The notes beneath the pieces are model-generated. The model was not told where the DNA came from and ran no database searches. It saw only the letters and a list, made by a program, of their open reading frames with translations. DNA of 64,000 bases from Desulfomonilia bacterium (GTDB taxonomy: Bacteria > Desulfobacterota > Desulfomonilia > UBA1062). Shown piece after piece: positions 20,554 through 30,975 of this stretch. The translations under genes and the position numbers were made by a program. The stretch spans positions 32,001 to 96,000 of the forward strand of contig JBEKDT010000004.1 in assembly GCA_050014195.1 (NCBI GenBank), read 5' to 3'. The number at the start of each line of letters is the position of its first letter. Position 1 is the stretch's first letter.

Positions 20554-20732
20554 TCCGGGATCTCGGCTACCTGCTGGAGCTCCAGGCAATGCAGGCCAAA
20601 AGGCATGCAGGGAATCAGGAACTCGTGCTCTCCATCAACCTCGACTGGCCCATGCAGATCACGGAGACGGAGTTCTTCAGGCGGATAAAGGAAATGCCCA
20701 AGGGAAAGGTGTACGGATTTCTTTCCAGATAA
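20550..20732 (+). pseudogene. 3' remnant of a Fic gene (paralogue of 23846-25039)
   Basis: VLSINLDWPMQITETEFFRRIKEMPKGKVYGFLSR is identical to the C-terminus of the intact Fic. Confidence 0.9.
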
Positions 20733-20962
20733 CTGAGGGGGGAATCGAGGATGGATTTTGGGGAACCCGACGATATAAAACCAGTATGGATGTCCCCAGA
20801 TTTCCATACCTGACCAGCTTATCACAAGAAAAGGGGACAAACCATTTTCGAGAATTAATTAATAGAAATGGTCTCTTACACCATTATTACCCATGTAGAC
20901 AACAAACGTGCTTCACTCGTCATCTAAATTATAAAACAATCGAAAATTACAGGGAGAGACAC

Positions 20963-21394
20963 ATGAAAAAACTATATCTGTTAACAATATTTCTGGCATT
21001 AGTGATTATCACCCCTATCCCTGCAATGGCAGGGGTAAGGGTGGGTGTAAACATCGGTCTTCCTCCTATAGTAATCGGAATCGGAGGAGGACCTCCGGAT
21101 CTGGTGGAAGTACCGGATACAGACCGAGTTTACGTCGCCCCTGATGTCAACGTCGATCTGTTCTTCTGGAACGGCTGGTGGTGGCGTCCCTATGAAGGTC
21201 GCTGGTATCGCTCCCATTATTACGATCGGGGCTGGGCCCATTACAACAGAGTCCCAAGGTTCTACAATCATGTGGACCAGGGCTGGAGAAACAATTACAG
21301 AGCCCATAGCTGGCACGGCCGCCAATGGAACTACCAACGCATCCCCAGCCGTCAGGTCCAGGGACAGGGACAACAGGGACGCGATAGACACTAA
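20963..21394 (+). CDS. Secreted Trp/Tyr/Arg-rich hypothetical protein, copy 1
   Basis: Signal peptide ending AMA, VRVGVNIGLPP, FFWNGWWWRPYEGRWYRS; GGGAG RBS. Confidence 0.8.
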   Translation: MKKLYLLTIFLALVIITPIPAMAGVRVGVNIGLPPIVIGIGGGPPDLVEVPDTDRVYVAPDVNVDLFFWNGWWWRPYEGRWYRSHYYDRGWAHYNRVPRFYNHVDQGWRNNYRAHSWHGRQWNYQRIPSRQVQGQGQQGRDRH

Positions 21395-21523
21395 AGGAAG
21401 GATCGCATAAGGAGAAGAAGGGGTGATAATGAAAATAGGGGTCAGTGCGTAAATAGTCTCTGCCTCCTATTTCTAAGATCAGAAAATAAATCTGTCCCCT
21501 TTCCCCCCCCTTTTCCCCCAGGA

Positions 21524-22081
21524 TCAGTCCAGAACGCCTTCGTAGTTTGCGTCTGCCCAATCTGCGATCTGTACGACAAGCTTAGCTACTTCCATTGCAT
21601 CAATACCCGTTATGATAATGGCCCCTTCCCTGGCGAACCCACCTTCAGTATAGAAAATATTAGGGAGTATCCCCTCATTCATGCACCTTTTCAATATGGT
21701 GTCGAGGGTATCACCTTCTCGAATCTCAAGGTGTGCGATCGAGATACCATGGCCCTTGATCAGATCAACGAGCTTGGGATCATATTTTATTTCCATTGCC
21801 GCTCGAATCTCCGGTGTGATCTTCCTCACCTCCAGCAGGATCAGGGCCGTATATTTTGAAGCACCCCATGCCGGATATGCCGGGGCTGTGATCCTGCCGA
21901 ACACCGCTGTGAGTCTGCCCGGGATACCCGCTATGTCTTCCGGCGTCCTTGCATCCTTTGCAGCCATTACCAGGTTGCTCCGGATCTCGGGGAGGAGAGC
22001 GTATGTTTTGGGAGAGGCAGTTAACAACGCCACGGCTTCAACCATTTGTCCCATCACATAGTACCGATCATTATCCATCAT
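21524..22081 (-). CDS. Stand-alone ThiN-like (thiamine-phosphate synthase family) domain protein
   Basis: LLPEIRSNLVMA, IAGIPGRL, WGASKY.A, AAMEIKY, GGFAREG motifs. Confidence 0.7.
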   Translation of the reverse strand: MMDNDRYYVMGQMVEAVALLTASPKTYALLPEIRSNLVMAAKDARTPEDIAGIPGRLTAVFGRITAPAYPAWGASKYTALILLEVRKITPEIRAAMEIKYDPKLVDLIKGHGISIAHLEIREGDTLDTILKRCMNEGILPNIFYTEGGFAREGAIIITGIDAMEVAKLVVQIADWADANYEGVLD

Positions 22082-22130
22082 GCGTCTTCCTGTCGTTTCT
22101 TAGCTATTCTTAGCTATAGGTTCATTTATG

Positions 22131-22262
22131 AGAGACCTTTGCATAACCCTATGTCCGTCATTGCGAGCGTAGCGAAGCAATCCCTGCATCTTGGCACAGG
22201 TCGGTACTTTCTCAGATGCCTGTTCAATCAGATGATCCCCCGCAGTTTGCTGTGCCGGGTTT
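22131..22262. repeat. Cluster of REP/IS-end-like fragments between convergent genes
   Basis: CGTCATTGCGAGCGTAGCGAAGCAATC (CGTC-type REP, 22156-22182), GAGACCTTTGCATAACC, and the imperfect palindrome CCCCGCAGTTTGCTGTGCCGGG. Confidence 0.55.
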
Positions 22263-22277
22263 CATTTCCCATCCATT

Positions 22278-23501
22278 TTACTGGTCCTGCTGGGTTCTGA
22301 TGAGAGGGGATTCCTTCATCAGGAAGGCCAGGAGGATGTTCGCAAAAGTCATGGCCACGAAAATGATCATGAAAGGTGTCATGGAGCCGGTCGCGGTGAT
22401 TCTGAGCTTATCCATGGCAAAGATGAAGATGATGCCCGAGATCTGGCCCGCGAGCAGGAGCATGCCCTGGGAAGAGGACTCAGGCGTGGGGTAGCTGATT
22501 TCAGCGCCGTACTGGAAACCGATGGGACCCGCGCTCATGATGAAGAAACCCATGACGAATCCCGAGACAAGGAGCATGGGGAAGCCGGTAGCGAAGGTGA
22601 GACCGATGAGTCCCGGGACAATGCCGATCATGGTAAGGATCAGGAGGGGTTTGCGTTTGCGGAGCTTGTCCGAGAGCAGGGGCAGGATGACTGCACCGAT
22701 GATGCCGCCGATCATCATGGCGCCCCCGATAAGGCCGGCCTGTTCAGAGTTGAAGCCGCGGGGGCTCAGGATCTGCTCAATCCAGGTGGTGACTGCATTG
22801 AACATGCCCAGGCCGAAGAAGAACAGGATAAGAAGCAGGATCATGTCCCTCTGTTTGAACAAGTGATTGATCCCTGCGAAGACGGTGACAGTGTCTTCAT
22901 CGTGATACTCCGAGGGCGACGTGGGCGGGCTGTCCTTGATGAAGACGAGGAATGCGATGGCTGCAACGACCGAGCTTATACCGTAGATCATGAGCATGCC
23001 TTTCATGGCGTAGGCCTTGAATATGAAGGGGGTTGCGGCCAGGGCGATGATGATGCCGACGTACTGGGACAGGGCGGCCAGACCTGTGGCCGTGGCACGC
23101 TCGTCGATGGGGAACCACTTGGCGCTGACCTTGGTCATGGCGTTCATGACGAACGGCTGGGCCACGGCGAGTCCGAGCTGGGAGATGAAGATGATGGTGT
23201 AGTTCGCGGCATAGATGCCCTTGAGGAGACCGAAAATGCCGGTCAGCACGGCACCGATACCAACACCGATCCTGAGGCCGTAGGTGTCGATCATGTAGGA
23301 GGCGGGGATGCACAGGAAGATATACATGATCATGAAGCTCATGGATAGCAGCCCGATCTGCATGGGGGTTACCCCGTAGAAAGCAGCCGCTTCCCCGGTT
23401 ATAGAGGCGAAGTTGACCCAGTGGACCTGCACTATGGCATTGATCAGGGCGAAAACGAAAAGTACCACCCAACGGTAACCGTACACCTTCATCTTCTCCA
23501 T
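22278..23501 (-). CDS. MFS transporter (FLVCR-like N-terminus)
   Basis: KVYGYRWVVL, about 12 TM segments, WFPIDERATA, LSDKLRKRK. Confidence 0.9.
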   Translation of the reverse strand: MEKMKVYGYRWVVLFVFALINAIVQVHWVNFASITGEAAAFYGVTPMQIGLLSMSFMIMYIFLCIPASYMIDTYGLRIGVGIGAVLTGIFGLLKGIYAANYTIIFISQLGLAVAQPFVMNAMTKVSAKWFPIDERATATGLAALSQYVGIIIALAATPFIFKAYAMKGMLMIYGISSVVAAIAFLVFIKDSPPTSPSEYHDEDTVTVFAGINHLFKQRDMILLLILFFFGLGMFNAVTTWIEQILSPRGFNSEQAGLIGGAMMIGGIIGAVILPLLSDKLRKRKPLLILTMIGIVPGLIGLTFATGFPMLLVSGFVMGFFIMSAGPIGFQYGAEISYPTPESSSQGMLLLAGQISGIIFIFAMDKLRITATGSMTPFMIIFVAMTFANILLAFLMKESPLIRTQQDQ

Positions 23502-23625
23502 CCTGTTCTCCTTATCATAACATCAATCTATTCACTGTCCGTCAAATGGGGTCCGAGTCGATTTACGCAAAGATTATAACAGAAAATGGACTTTGACCCT
23601 ATTTCTTTAATAGTGCTAAAACATG

Positions 23626-23667
23626 CTGTCCCACGGGCAAGCCCTTTGGGCTTAGCCCGTGCCACCC
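23626..23667. repeat. GC-rich palindrome (REP-like)
   Basis: CACGGGC-AAGCCC-TTT-GGGCTT-A-GCCCGTG. Confidence 0.55.
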
Positions 23668-23845
23668 AGGGAACTATATTATCTATCCTGGCCACCCGCA
23701 ACGATCGGGAAACGAGATGGAAATGAAACAAGAAACAGCCAGGGTTTATCGAAAGTTAATTTTATTACAACAAATTGAATTATCTCATCAAATTATGATT
23801 TTATTTACGACTTGACTTGGAAATGAACCCGGCTATAATTCGGGC

Positions 23846-25039
23846 ATGATCATCAGATACCACATCCCCAAGGAGTGGATCCGTTACGATACCATGGCCA
23901 TCCTCGATGAGTTGATGGGGGCCAGGTCGGCCATGATGGCGCTTACCCAGATCCCCTACCAGCGGAGCTGGGCCGCGGAGCTGCAGAAGATTCAGCTCAA
24001 GCGCGAGGTGGCAGGCACATCCAGAATCGAGGGTGCGGAATTCACGGAAAAGGAGCTGGACGCAGCGATGAGGGAGACGCCCGAGCAGCTGGAAACACGC
24101 TCGCAGAGGCAGGCCGCAGCGGCCGTAGCGACCTACCGCTGGATCGCCGGGCTTCCCGGTGAGCGCGGCGTGGATGAAGCACTGATCTTCGAGGTGCACA
24201 AACGGATCGTCACCGGGTGTGACGACGACCATTGCGCACCGGGAAAGCTGCGGGGCCGTGATGAGAATGTGACATTCGGCACACCGAGACACCGCGGGGC
24301 AACGGGCGGCCAGGAATGCGTCAGGGCCTTCCGCAAGCTGGCCGAGGCTGCGCGCACGGGGTTTCAGGATCACGACCCGCTCATCCAGGCACTGGCATTG
24401 CATTATCATGTTGCGGCAATGCATCCCTTCCTGGACGGCAACGGTCGGACTGCCCGCGCGCTCGAAGCGCTCATGCTCCAGCGGACCGGCCTGCGCGATA
24501 CATTGTTCATCGCCATGTCCAACTACTACTACGAGAACAAGACCGCCTATCTGAACGCGCTGAACGAGACGCGGGCGAAAGACCACGACCTGACCCCGTT
24601 CCTGAAGTTCGCGCTCAAGGGCATTGAAAGTCAATGCCGCAAGCTGTTCGGCGAGATACGGCAGCAGGTCGCCAAGGCGCTCTACCGGAACACCATGAAC
24701 GATCTCTTCGGACGCCTGCAATCACCGCGCAAGCGGGTGATGTCCTCGCGCCATATTCAGATTCTCAATCTGTTGCTGGACGAAGAGGAGATCTCCCTCG
24801 ATGATATTATCGATAAGATTTGGCACTTATATATGGTCAAGAATCCCCGCAAGGCCTTGATCCGTGATATCGGCTACCTGGTGGAGCTCGAGGCGGTGCA
24901 CGCTATAAGGCCTGCGGAGGATCAGGGAGTCGTGCTCTCTATCAATCTCGACTGGCCCATGCAGATCACGGAGACGGAGTTCTTCAGGCGGATAAAGGAA
25001 ATGCCCAAGGGAAAGGTGTACGGATTCCTTTCCAGATAA
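23846..25039 (+). CDS. Fic family protein (AMPylase motif intact)
   Basis: HPFLDGNGRTAR; N-terminal TSRIEG. Confidence 0.93.
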   Translation: MIIRYHIPKEWIRYDTMAILDELMGARSAMMALTQIPYQRSWAAELQKIQLKREVAGTSRIEGAEFTEKELDAAMRETPEQLETRSQRQAAAAVATYRWIAGLPGERGVDEALIFEVHKRIVTGCDDDHCAPGKLRGRDENVTFGTPRHRGATGGQECVRAFRKLAEAARTGFQDHDPLIQALALHYHVAAMHPFLDGNGRTARALEALMLQRTGLRDTLFIAMSNYYYENKTAYLNALNETRAKDHDLTPFLKFALKGIESQCRKLFGEIRQQVAKALYRNTMNDLFGRLQSPRKRVMSSRHIQILNLLLDEEEISLDDIIDKIWHLYMVKNPRKALIRDIGYLVELEAVHAIRPAEDQGVVLSINLDWPMQITETEFFRRIKEMPKGKVYGFLSR

Positions 25040-25815
25040 ATAAGGAGGGAAATGGGGACGGGTTTGGGGGGACCCGACGATATAAAACCAGTATGGATGT
25101 CCCCGGATTTCCCAGCCATACCTAACCAGCTTATCACAAGAAAAGTGGACAGGCCATTTATTAGAAATAATTAATGAAAATGGCTTAAACCAATGTAGAC
25201 AACAAACGTGCTTTACTCGTCATGAGATATTATGAAACAATCGAAAATAACAGGGAGGGTCACATGAAAAAACTACATCTGTTAACAATATTTCTGGCAT
25301 TAGTGATTATCACCCCTATCCCTGCAATGGCAGGGGTAAGGGTGGGTGTAAACATCGGTCTGCCTCCTATAGTAATCGGAATCGGAGGAGGACCTCCGGA
25401 TCTGGTGGAAGTACCGGATACAGACCAAGCCTACGTGGCCCCTGATGTCAACGTCGATCTGTTCTTCTGGAACGGCTGGTGGTGGCGTCCCTATGAAGGT
25501 CGCTGGTATCGCTCCCATTATTACGATCGGGGCTGGGCCCATTACAACAGAGTCCCAAGGTTCTACAATCATGTGGATCAGGGCTGGAGAAACAATTACA
25601 GAGCCCATAGCTGGCACGGCCGCCAATGGAACTACCAACGCATCCCCAGCCGCCAGGTCCAGGGACATGGACAACAGAGACAGGGACATGGTCAACAGGG
25701 ACATGGTCAACAAGGATATGAACAACAGGGACACAATAGAAACTAAAGGAAAGATCGCATAAGGAGAAGAAGGGGTGATAATGGAAATAGGGGTCAGTGC
25801 ATAAATGGTCTCTGA
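24857..25815 (+). repeat. About 0.9 kb diverged direct repeat, copy 2
   Basis: Colinear with 20549-21460. Confidence 0.92.
25264..25746 (+). CDS. Secreted Trp/Tyr/Arg-rich hypothetical protein, copy 2, with QGHGQ tail repeats
   Basis: Nearly identical to 20963-21394; extra 15-bp tandem units at the 3' end. Confidence 0.8.
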   Translation: MKKLHLLTIFLALVIITPIPAMAGVRVGVNIGLPPIVIGIGGGPPDLVEVPDTDQAYVAPDVNVDLFFWNGWWWRPYEGRWYRSHYYDRGWAHYNRVPRFYNHVDQGWRNNYRAHSWHGRQWNYQRIPSRQVQGHGQQRQGHGQQGHGQQGYEQQGHNRN

Positions 25816-25914
25816 CCCTTTTTTTCTTAACTCCATATTGCGTGAAGGTTGGTACTTATGCTACCAGTTGTATTAGTAACACTATGAAATTAAATATTCT
25901 TATAGGAGTAGCGT

Positions 25915-27708
25915 ATGTATCAGCTAATCAAACCAGACAATGTGCCGGAAATACTTGATCAGTCTGTAAGAAAATTTTCACAAAGACCTTTTCTTGGGAC
26001 AAAAAACAAAAAATTAAAACAGTTCGACTGGATAACCTATGCCGACTTCGGGAAACGCGTGGACAATGTAAGAAGCGGTCTGAGCCAACTGGGCATTCAG
26101 AAAGACGATGCCGTGGGAATTATCTCGAACAACAGCACAGACTGGGCGGTGTGCTTTTTCGCCACGAGCGGTCTGGGCGCCCGGTTTGTTCCCATGTACG
26201 AAGCCGAACTGGCACAGGTCTGGAAATACATTATCAATGACGCCAAAATAAAAGTGCTTTTTATCACCAAGAAAGAGATATACGCCAAAATAAAAGATTC
26301 GCTCTCTTCAATACCGACATTGCAGAAAGTCATCATCATGGAAGGCGATGGGCCGGATACGCTCTCTGATCTGGAAAAGAAAGGCGCATCCCAGAAAGTA
26401 AAAGCTATCTATCCGGATCATTCGTCCATCTGCATCCTGATCTATACCTCGGGAACAACAGGCGACCCGAAAGGCGTGCTCCTTACCCAAGGCAACATCA
26501 CGAGCAACGCCCATGCCGTAACCGAATGTTTTCCTGAAATCAATGAGAATGACACGTCCCTGTCCATCCTGCCATGGGCGCACGTCTTCGGACTCGGAGA
26601 GCTTGTGGTCTACTGCCTCCTGGGCGGGTCGACAGGTCTTGCAGAAAACGCAAGCACCATCCCCGAAGACCTGGGTCTGGTCAAGCCGACGTTCATGGTC
26701 GCCGTGCCCAGGGTCTTCAACAAGGTATATGACGGTTTATGGACGAAGATGAACGAAGAAGGCGGTCTCGCCAGGAAGCTGTTTGTCATGGGGGTGGAGA
26801 GCGCCAAAAAAAAGCGGGAGCTCGCTGCGCAGGGCAAGTCGAGTTTCTCGACGAACCTGAAGTTCAAGATTGCCGACGCAATCGTGTTCAAGAAAATCAG
26901 GGGAAGGCTCGGCGGCAGATTAAAAGGCGTCATGACGGGAAGCGCTGCGATGAATCCGGATATTTCCCACTTCTTCTGGGACATGGGGATACCGCTGTAT
27001 GACGCATACGGACTGACCGAGACCTCGCCCGGGGCGACGATGAACAACGCCACAAAATATAAGATTGGCAGTGTCGGCCCTGTCATGGGCATGTGCAGGA
27101 TCGTGATCGACAAGTCTGTAGTCGGGTCAGAGGCTACGGACGGGGAGATCATCATTTACGGGCCCAATGTCATGCAGGGATATCACAACAAGCCCGAGGC
27201 CACACAGGCCGTCATGACCTCCGACGGGGGATTCAGAACAGGAGACCGCGGACGTCTTGACAAGGACGGCTTCCTGTTTATAACCGGAAGGATCAAAGAG
27301 CAGTTCAAGCTCGAAAACGGTAAATATGTATTCCCCGCAGCCATCGAAGAAGACATCAAGCTGAACCATTACATAGAAAACGCCATGATATACGGGGAAG
27401 GCCGTGAGTATAATGTTTGCCTGGTAATCCCGGACTTCATAGCACTGGACAAATGGGCTGAAAAGAATAAATTGTCCAAGGACCATGCCGAGCTGTTGAA
27501 TCGGGAAGAGACGAAAAAATTCCTGGAGAATGAAATAATCTCTACCTTGAAGACCAAGTATGGAAGCTATGAAATACCGAGAAAATTCTTATTCATCGAT
27601 CAGCCATTCTCCATCGAGAACGGCATGCTGACCCAGACCATGAAACTCAAGAGACGTGTGGTATTTGATAAATATATGGATCAGATCAATAAGCTCTATG
27701 TTAAATAG
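25915..27708 (+). CDS. Long-chain fatty acid-CoA ligase
   Basis: YTSGTTGDPKG, YGLTE, RTGDRG, ITGRIKE, LTQTMKLKR. Confidence 0.93.
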   Translation: MYQLIKPDNVPEILDQSVRKFSQRPFLGTKNKKLKQFDWITYADFGKRVDNVRSGLSQLGIQKDDAVGIISNNSTDWAVCFFATSGLGARFVPMYEAELAQVWKYIINDAKIKVLFITKKEIYAKIKDSLSSIPTLQKVIIMEGDGPDTLSDLEKKGASQKVKAIYPDHSSICILIYTSGTTGDPKGVLLTQGNITSNAHAVTECFPEINENDTSLSILPWAHVFGLGELVVYCLLGGSTGLAENASTIPEDLGLVKPTFMVAVPRVFNKVYDGLWTKMNEEGGLARKLFVMGVESAKKKRELAAQGKSSFSTNLKFKIADAIVFKKIRGRLGGRLKGVMTGSAAMNPDISHFFWDMGIPLYDAYGLTETSPGATMNNATKYKIGSVGPVMGMCRIVIDKSVVGSEATDGEIIIYGPNVMQGYHNKPEATQAVMTSDGGFRTGDRGRLDKDGFLFITGRIKEQFKLENGKYVFPAAIEEDIKLNHYIENAMIYGEGREYNVCLVIPDFIALDKWAEKNKLSKDHAELLNREETKKFLENEIISTLKTKYGSYEIPRKFLFIDQPFSIENGMLTQTMKLKRRVVFDKYMDQINKLYVK

Positions 27709-28024
27709 GATTTTTATTTCGATCCTTTTTTTGTGATCAGGGAATAAAGGGGACGTTTCTCTTTTATCTATAAAAAAATGGAAGCGTCCCCTTTTCCTTC
27801 CGCTTCTTGATATCCCTGGATTTCTTCCTGTGTGTTGCTTTTGCCCGAAGGGATTCCTATATAGTTGTCAAAAGCAAAAGAGGGATTGATGAAACGGAAA
27901 GCATCAGGAACCGGGATGAATGGGGTAGCGGACAGTCTTGGAGCCATCATATTTCACAAGCATGTCCCCATGCTTTCCGTTGGGTCATAGGAGGCGGCTC
28001 CATCAGCCTGAAAGGAGAACGAAA

Positions 28025-28312
28025 ATGGCATATGGTATCGTACATTACTTTCCGGGCGGCACGAAGGAGCAGTACGAGGCGTCAATTGCAGCGGTGCATC
28101 CCGGCAGAGATAAACTGCCGAAAGGCCAGATCTTCCACGCGGCCGGCCCATCGGCTGGAGGCTGGACGATTGTGGCGGTACATGAATCCAAGGCGAGTTG
28201 GGAGGAGTTCCGCGACGGCATCCTGATGCCCCGGATGAAACAGGGCATCAAAGGAGGCTTCACCACGCCACCCCAGGAAACGCCCTTTGAGGTCCACAAC
28301 CTGAAGCCGTAA
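28025..28312 (+). CDS. Small hypothetical protein (possibly ABM-like dimeric alpha-beta barrel)
   Basis: MAYGIVHYFPGGTKEQYE... behind AAAGGAG RBS. Confidence 0.7.
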   Translation: MAYGIVHYFPGGTKEQYEASIAAVHPGRDKLPKGQIFHAAGPSAGGWTIVAVHESKASWEEFRDGILMPRMKQGIKGGFTTPPQETPFEVHNLKP

Positions 28313-28496
28313 CGCTGTTTGGGATCGTTTGCGGCATTCGTTCAGACCGCCGGTACAGTGATCGGCAGAGTGAGAATAATGCTGCAGCGGTGGGTTATAG
28401 GTTAGCATGGATAAATGGGCACAGAGACTATTTATAAGTGATAATTCTTAAAAATGGTCTCTGACCATATTTTCTCGAAGCGGTATGGAGGTTTCC

Positions 28497-28832
28497 ATGA
28501 AGATACTTATTAAGTGGCTTCTGATGACGGCGTCGATCATGATCACTGCCTATCTGCTGCCCGGTGTTTCGGTCCAGAGCTTCGGGACAGCACTGGTGAC
28601 GGCCCTGGTGCTCGGGCTCATCAATGCCGTGCTGCGGCCCATCCTGGTTGTGCTGACCTTTCCTCTCACCATTATCACGCTGGGGCTCTTCATCCTTGTC
28701 CTGAACGGTTTGCTCGTGCTCCTGACGAGCGCCATCGTGACCGGGTTTTCCGTCATGAATATCTGGTGGGCAATGCTTTTCAGTGTTGTCTTTTCAGTAA
28801 TAAGCTTTGTGTTACATCAGATCTTCACCTGA
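28497..28832 (+). CDS. Four-TM membrane protein (YvlD / phage holin superfamily IV type)
   Basis: ALVLGLINAVLRPIL...LTFPLTIITLGLF...NGLL. Confidence 0.88.
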   Translation: MKILIKWLLMTASIMITAYLLPGVSVQSFGTALVTALVLGLINAVLRPILVVLTFPLTIITLGLFILVLNGLLVLLTSAIVTGFSVMNIWWAMLFSVVFSVISFVLHQIFT

Positions 28833-28951
28833 TAGCCTATGAAGAGGGACGCCATAAAGAAATCTGTCGCCTTTTTCCTACCTGACCCCATTTTTCGGAA
28901 TGGTTTACAACTATCGGGGATAGACGGGTTTTACCGATAAGAAAAGAACTG

Positions 28952-29197
28952 ATGGAAGAGGACCTCAAAAAGAAGATCGAAGAAATAACAGCCAGAATGG
29001 ACTGTCCCAAAGGATTCAAATGCGCAAAAGGTGGTTTTGAACGTCTCTGCAAGACAAGTAATCATTTTGGTCTCGAAAACCATTTTGACTGTCTTGAGGA
29101 AAAGCCCATGCAGTGTCCCTTTGCATTTCTATTTGGGTTAAAGTACCTATGTCAATGCCCACTCAGGGTGTATCTCGCAAAGAATTTAAAAAAGTAG
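28952..29197 (+). CDS. Small Cys-rich hypothetical protein
   Basis: CPKGFKC...LC...C...C...CQCPLRVY, 7 Cys in 81 aa. Confidence 0.7.
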   Translation: MEEDLKKKIEEITARMDCPKGFKCAKGGFERLCKTSNHFGLENHFDCLEEKPMQCPFAFLFGLKYLCQCPLRVYLAKNLKK

Positions 29198-29372
29198 GGC
29201 AGCTACGATTCTTAAGAAATAGATTGACTTAGAAAATGGTCTCTGACCCCATTTCTTCCAACTTGTTCCCTGAGGCAAGGAGAGGTAATATCTCACCGAT
29301 GAATTGATTGAAACGGCTGGGGCTTCACCTTACCGGGCTTGCCCGCCGCACTGCATTTAAAAGGACGAGACC

Positions 29373-30422
29373 ATGTTTAAGACAAGAATGACAGAGATGT
29401 TTGGGATTAAGCATCCGATCATGCTCGCCGGGATGAATTGGATAACGGAACCGAAACTGGTGTCAGCGGTATGCAATGCCGGCGGTCTGGGCATTCTGGC
29501 CATTGCGCGCTGCACCCCGAAAGAGGCGAGGGAACTGATCCGCCGGATCAGGGACATGACGGACAAACCCTTCGGGATAAACCAGATCCTCATCGGGCCG
29601 GGGGCCAGGGAGAATCTCGAGGCGGCCATCGACGAGAAAGTCCCCATAATCAACTACTCCCTGGGCAAGCCATGGTTTGTCGAAGCGGTTCACGCCTACG
29701 GGGGCAAGGTCATCGGCACCATCGCCATCGCAAAGCACGCTGCAAAGGCCGTGCAGGTTGGGTGCGACGCCCTGGTCGTCACCGGGCACGAGGCAGCGGG
29801 CCATGGCGCTGCAGCCACATCGATGGTCCTCATCCCCATAGTGGCGAGTATGGTCAAGGTCCCGCTGATCGCGGCCGGAGGATTCTACGACGGCCGAGGC
29901 CTTGCTGCGGCTCTGTCCCTGGGCGCGGACGGCATCTCCATGGGAAGCCGTTTCATGGTGGTCAGGGAAAGCATGGTTCATGACAACTTCAAGCGCCTGT
30001 GCATCGAGGCGACCGAGCAGGATACCCTCTATGACACGGTTTTCGACGGGCTTGAAGGTCGCGTGCTGAAGACGACGGAGGCCCTGGCCATGACCAAACG
30101 TGGTTTCCCTGTGGTGGAGGCCTTCAAGAGCGCTCTCCTGGTGAAGAAGCTTATGAACCTGTCATGGCCGAAGTTCGCTGCCATCACCCTGGAAATGCTC
30201 AGGGCCGAAGAGGGGCACCCCCTCATGGTGCTGGCCCGCCAGGCCGTGGGGAACATGAAGCACCTCAAGGCCATCAACGAGGGCGATGTGGAGGGTGGCA
30301 TCCTCTTTGCCGGCCAGTGCTGCGGCGGCATTATGGACAACCCCACAGCCGGGGAACTGATCAACCGCATCATCGTCGAAGCGGAGGCAGTATTGTCAAA
30401 GCTGAACAGCCTGAAAGCATGA
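29373..30422 (+). CDS. Nitronate monooxygenase / FabK-like FMN oxidoreductase
   Basis: HPIMLAGM, NAGGLG, GHEAAGH, IAAGG, MGSRF, AGQ. Confidence 0.9.
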   Translation: MFKTRMTEMFGIKHPIMLAGMNWITEPKLVSAVCNAGGLGILAIARCTPKEARELIRRIRDMTDKPFGINQILIGPGARENLEAAIDEKVPIINYSLGKPWFVEAVHAYGGKVIGTIAIAKHAAKAVQVGCDALVVTGHEAAGHGAAATSMVLIPIVASMVKVPLIAAGGFYDGRGLAAALSLGADGISMGSRFMVVRESMVHDNFKRLCIEATEQDTLYDTVFDGLEGRVLKTTEALAMTKRGFPVVEAFKSALLVKKLMNLSWPKFAAITLEMLRAEEGHPLMVLARQAVGNMKHLKAINEGDVEGGILFAGQCCGGIMDNPTAGELINRIIVEAEAVLSKLNSLKA

Positions 30423-30729
30423 TCTTGTCGAATGCTAAAAACGAGGTCACACTGGATTACAGCTGGAAGAATGCAAACACAATGGCGCCATTGAACCTCA
30501 AAAAAGCCCAACTCATGGGAACGTGAGGATTATAGACCATTTATGAGAGATTATTCAGATAAAAAAATTGATAGAGGCAATGGTCTCCGACCCCATTTTA
30601 TTTCCATATGGTATCCCCGGATTTTCACCCCTAAATAATTCTCAATTCAAGGCCTGACCCCAATCCCCCTTTCTCCTCTTGCATCTAAACAGATAATAAG
30701 GTATCCTTACTTAAAGGGGGTAAGAAAGT

Positions 30730-30975
30730 ATGCTTGCCAAAAAAACATCGAAAAATCAACTGACACTGCCCAAAGAAATCGCAGATAAATTCCCCGGCGT
30801 TGACCTGTTTGACGCAAAGGTTAATAACAATCAGATAGTGCTGGTGCCGGTCAAGGTCATTCCGATTACCTCTTCCCTGGAAAGCATCCGGGATAAAATG
30901 GAGAAGCTGGGGATTACCGAAGATGATATAGCCGGTGCAGTCAAGTGGGCAAGGAAAAAGAAGAAGAAGATATGA
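30730..30975 (+). CDS. AbrB/MazE-family antitoxin
   Basis: AKKTSKNQLTLPK...IVLVP; overlaps the PIN start (ATGA). Confidence 0.88.
   Translation: MLAKKTSKNQLTLPKEIADKFPGVDLFDAKVNNNQIVLVPVKVIPITSSLESIRDKMEKLGITEDDIAGAVKWARKKKKKI

Larger units (their letters stand above)
20549..21460 (+). repeat. About 0.9 kb diverged direct repeat, copy 1 (fic 3' end + sites + secreted-protein gene)
   Basis: Colinear with 24857-25815; long identical stretches in the coding parts. Confidence 0.92.

Noticed and set aside
23801-24721. 306-aa antisense ORF over fic, and similar long antisense ORFs over GC-rich genes
   Set aside because: Explained by codon bias of the sense gene; no recognisable motifs.
28497-28832. 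Prophage suggested by the holin-family gene (and the SLT at 5.3 kb)
   Set aside because: This 4-TM family is commonly chromosomal; no capsid, terminase, tail or integrase genes are present.
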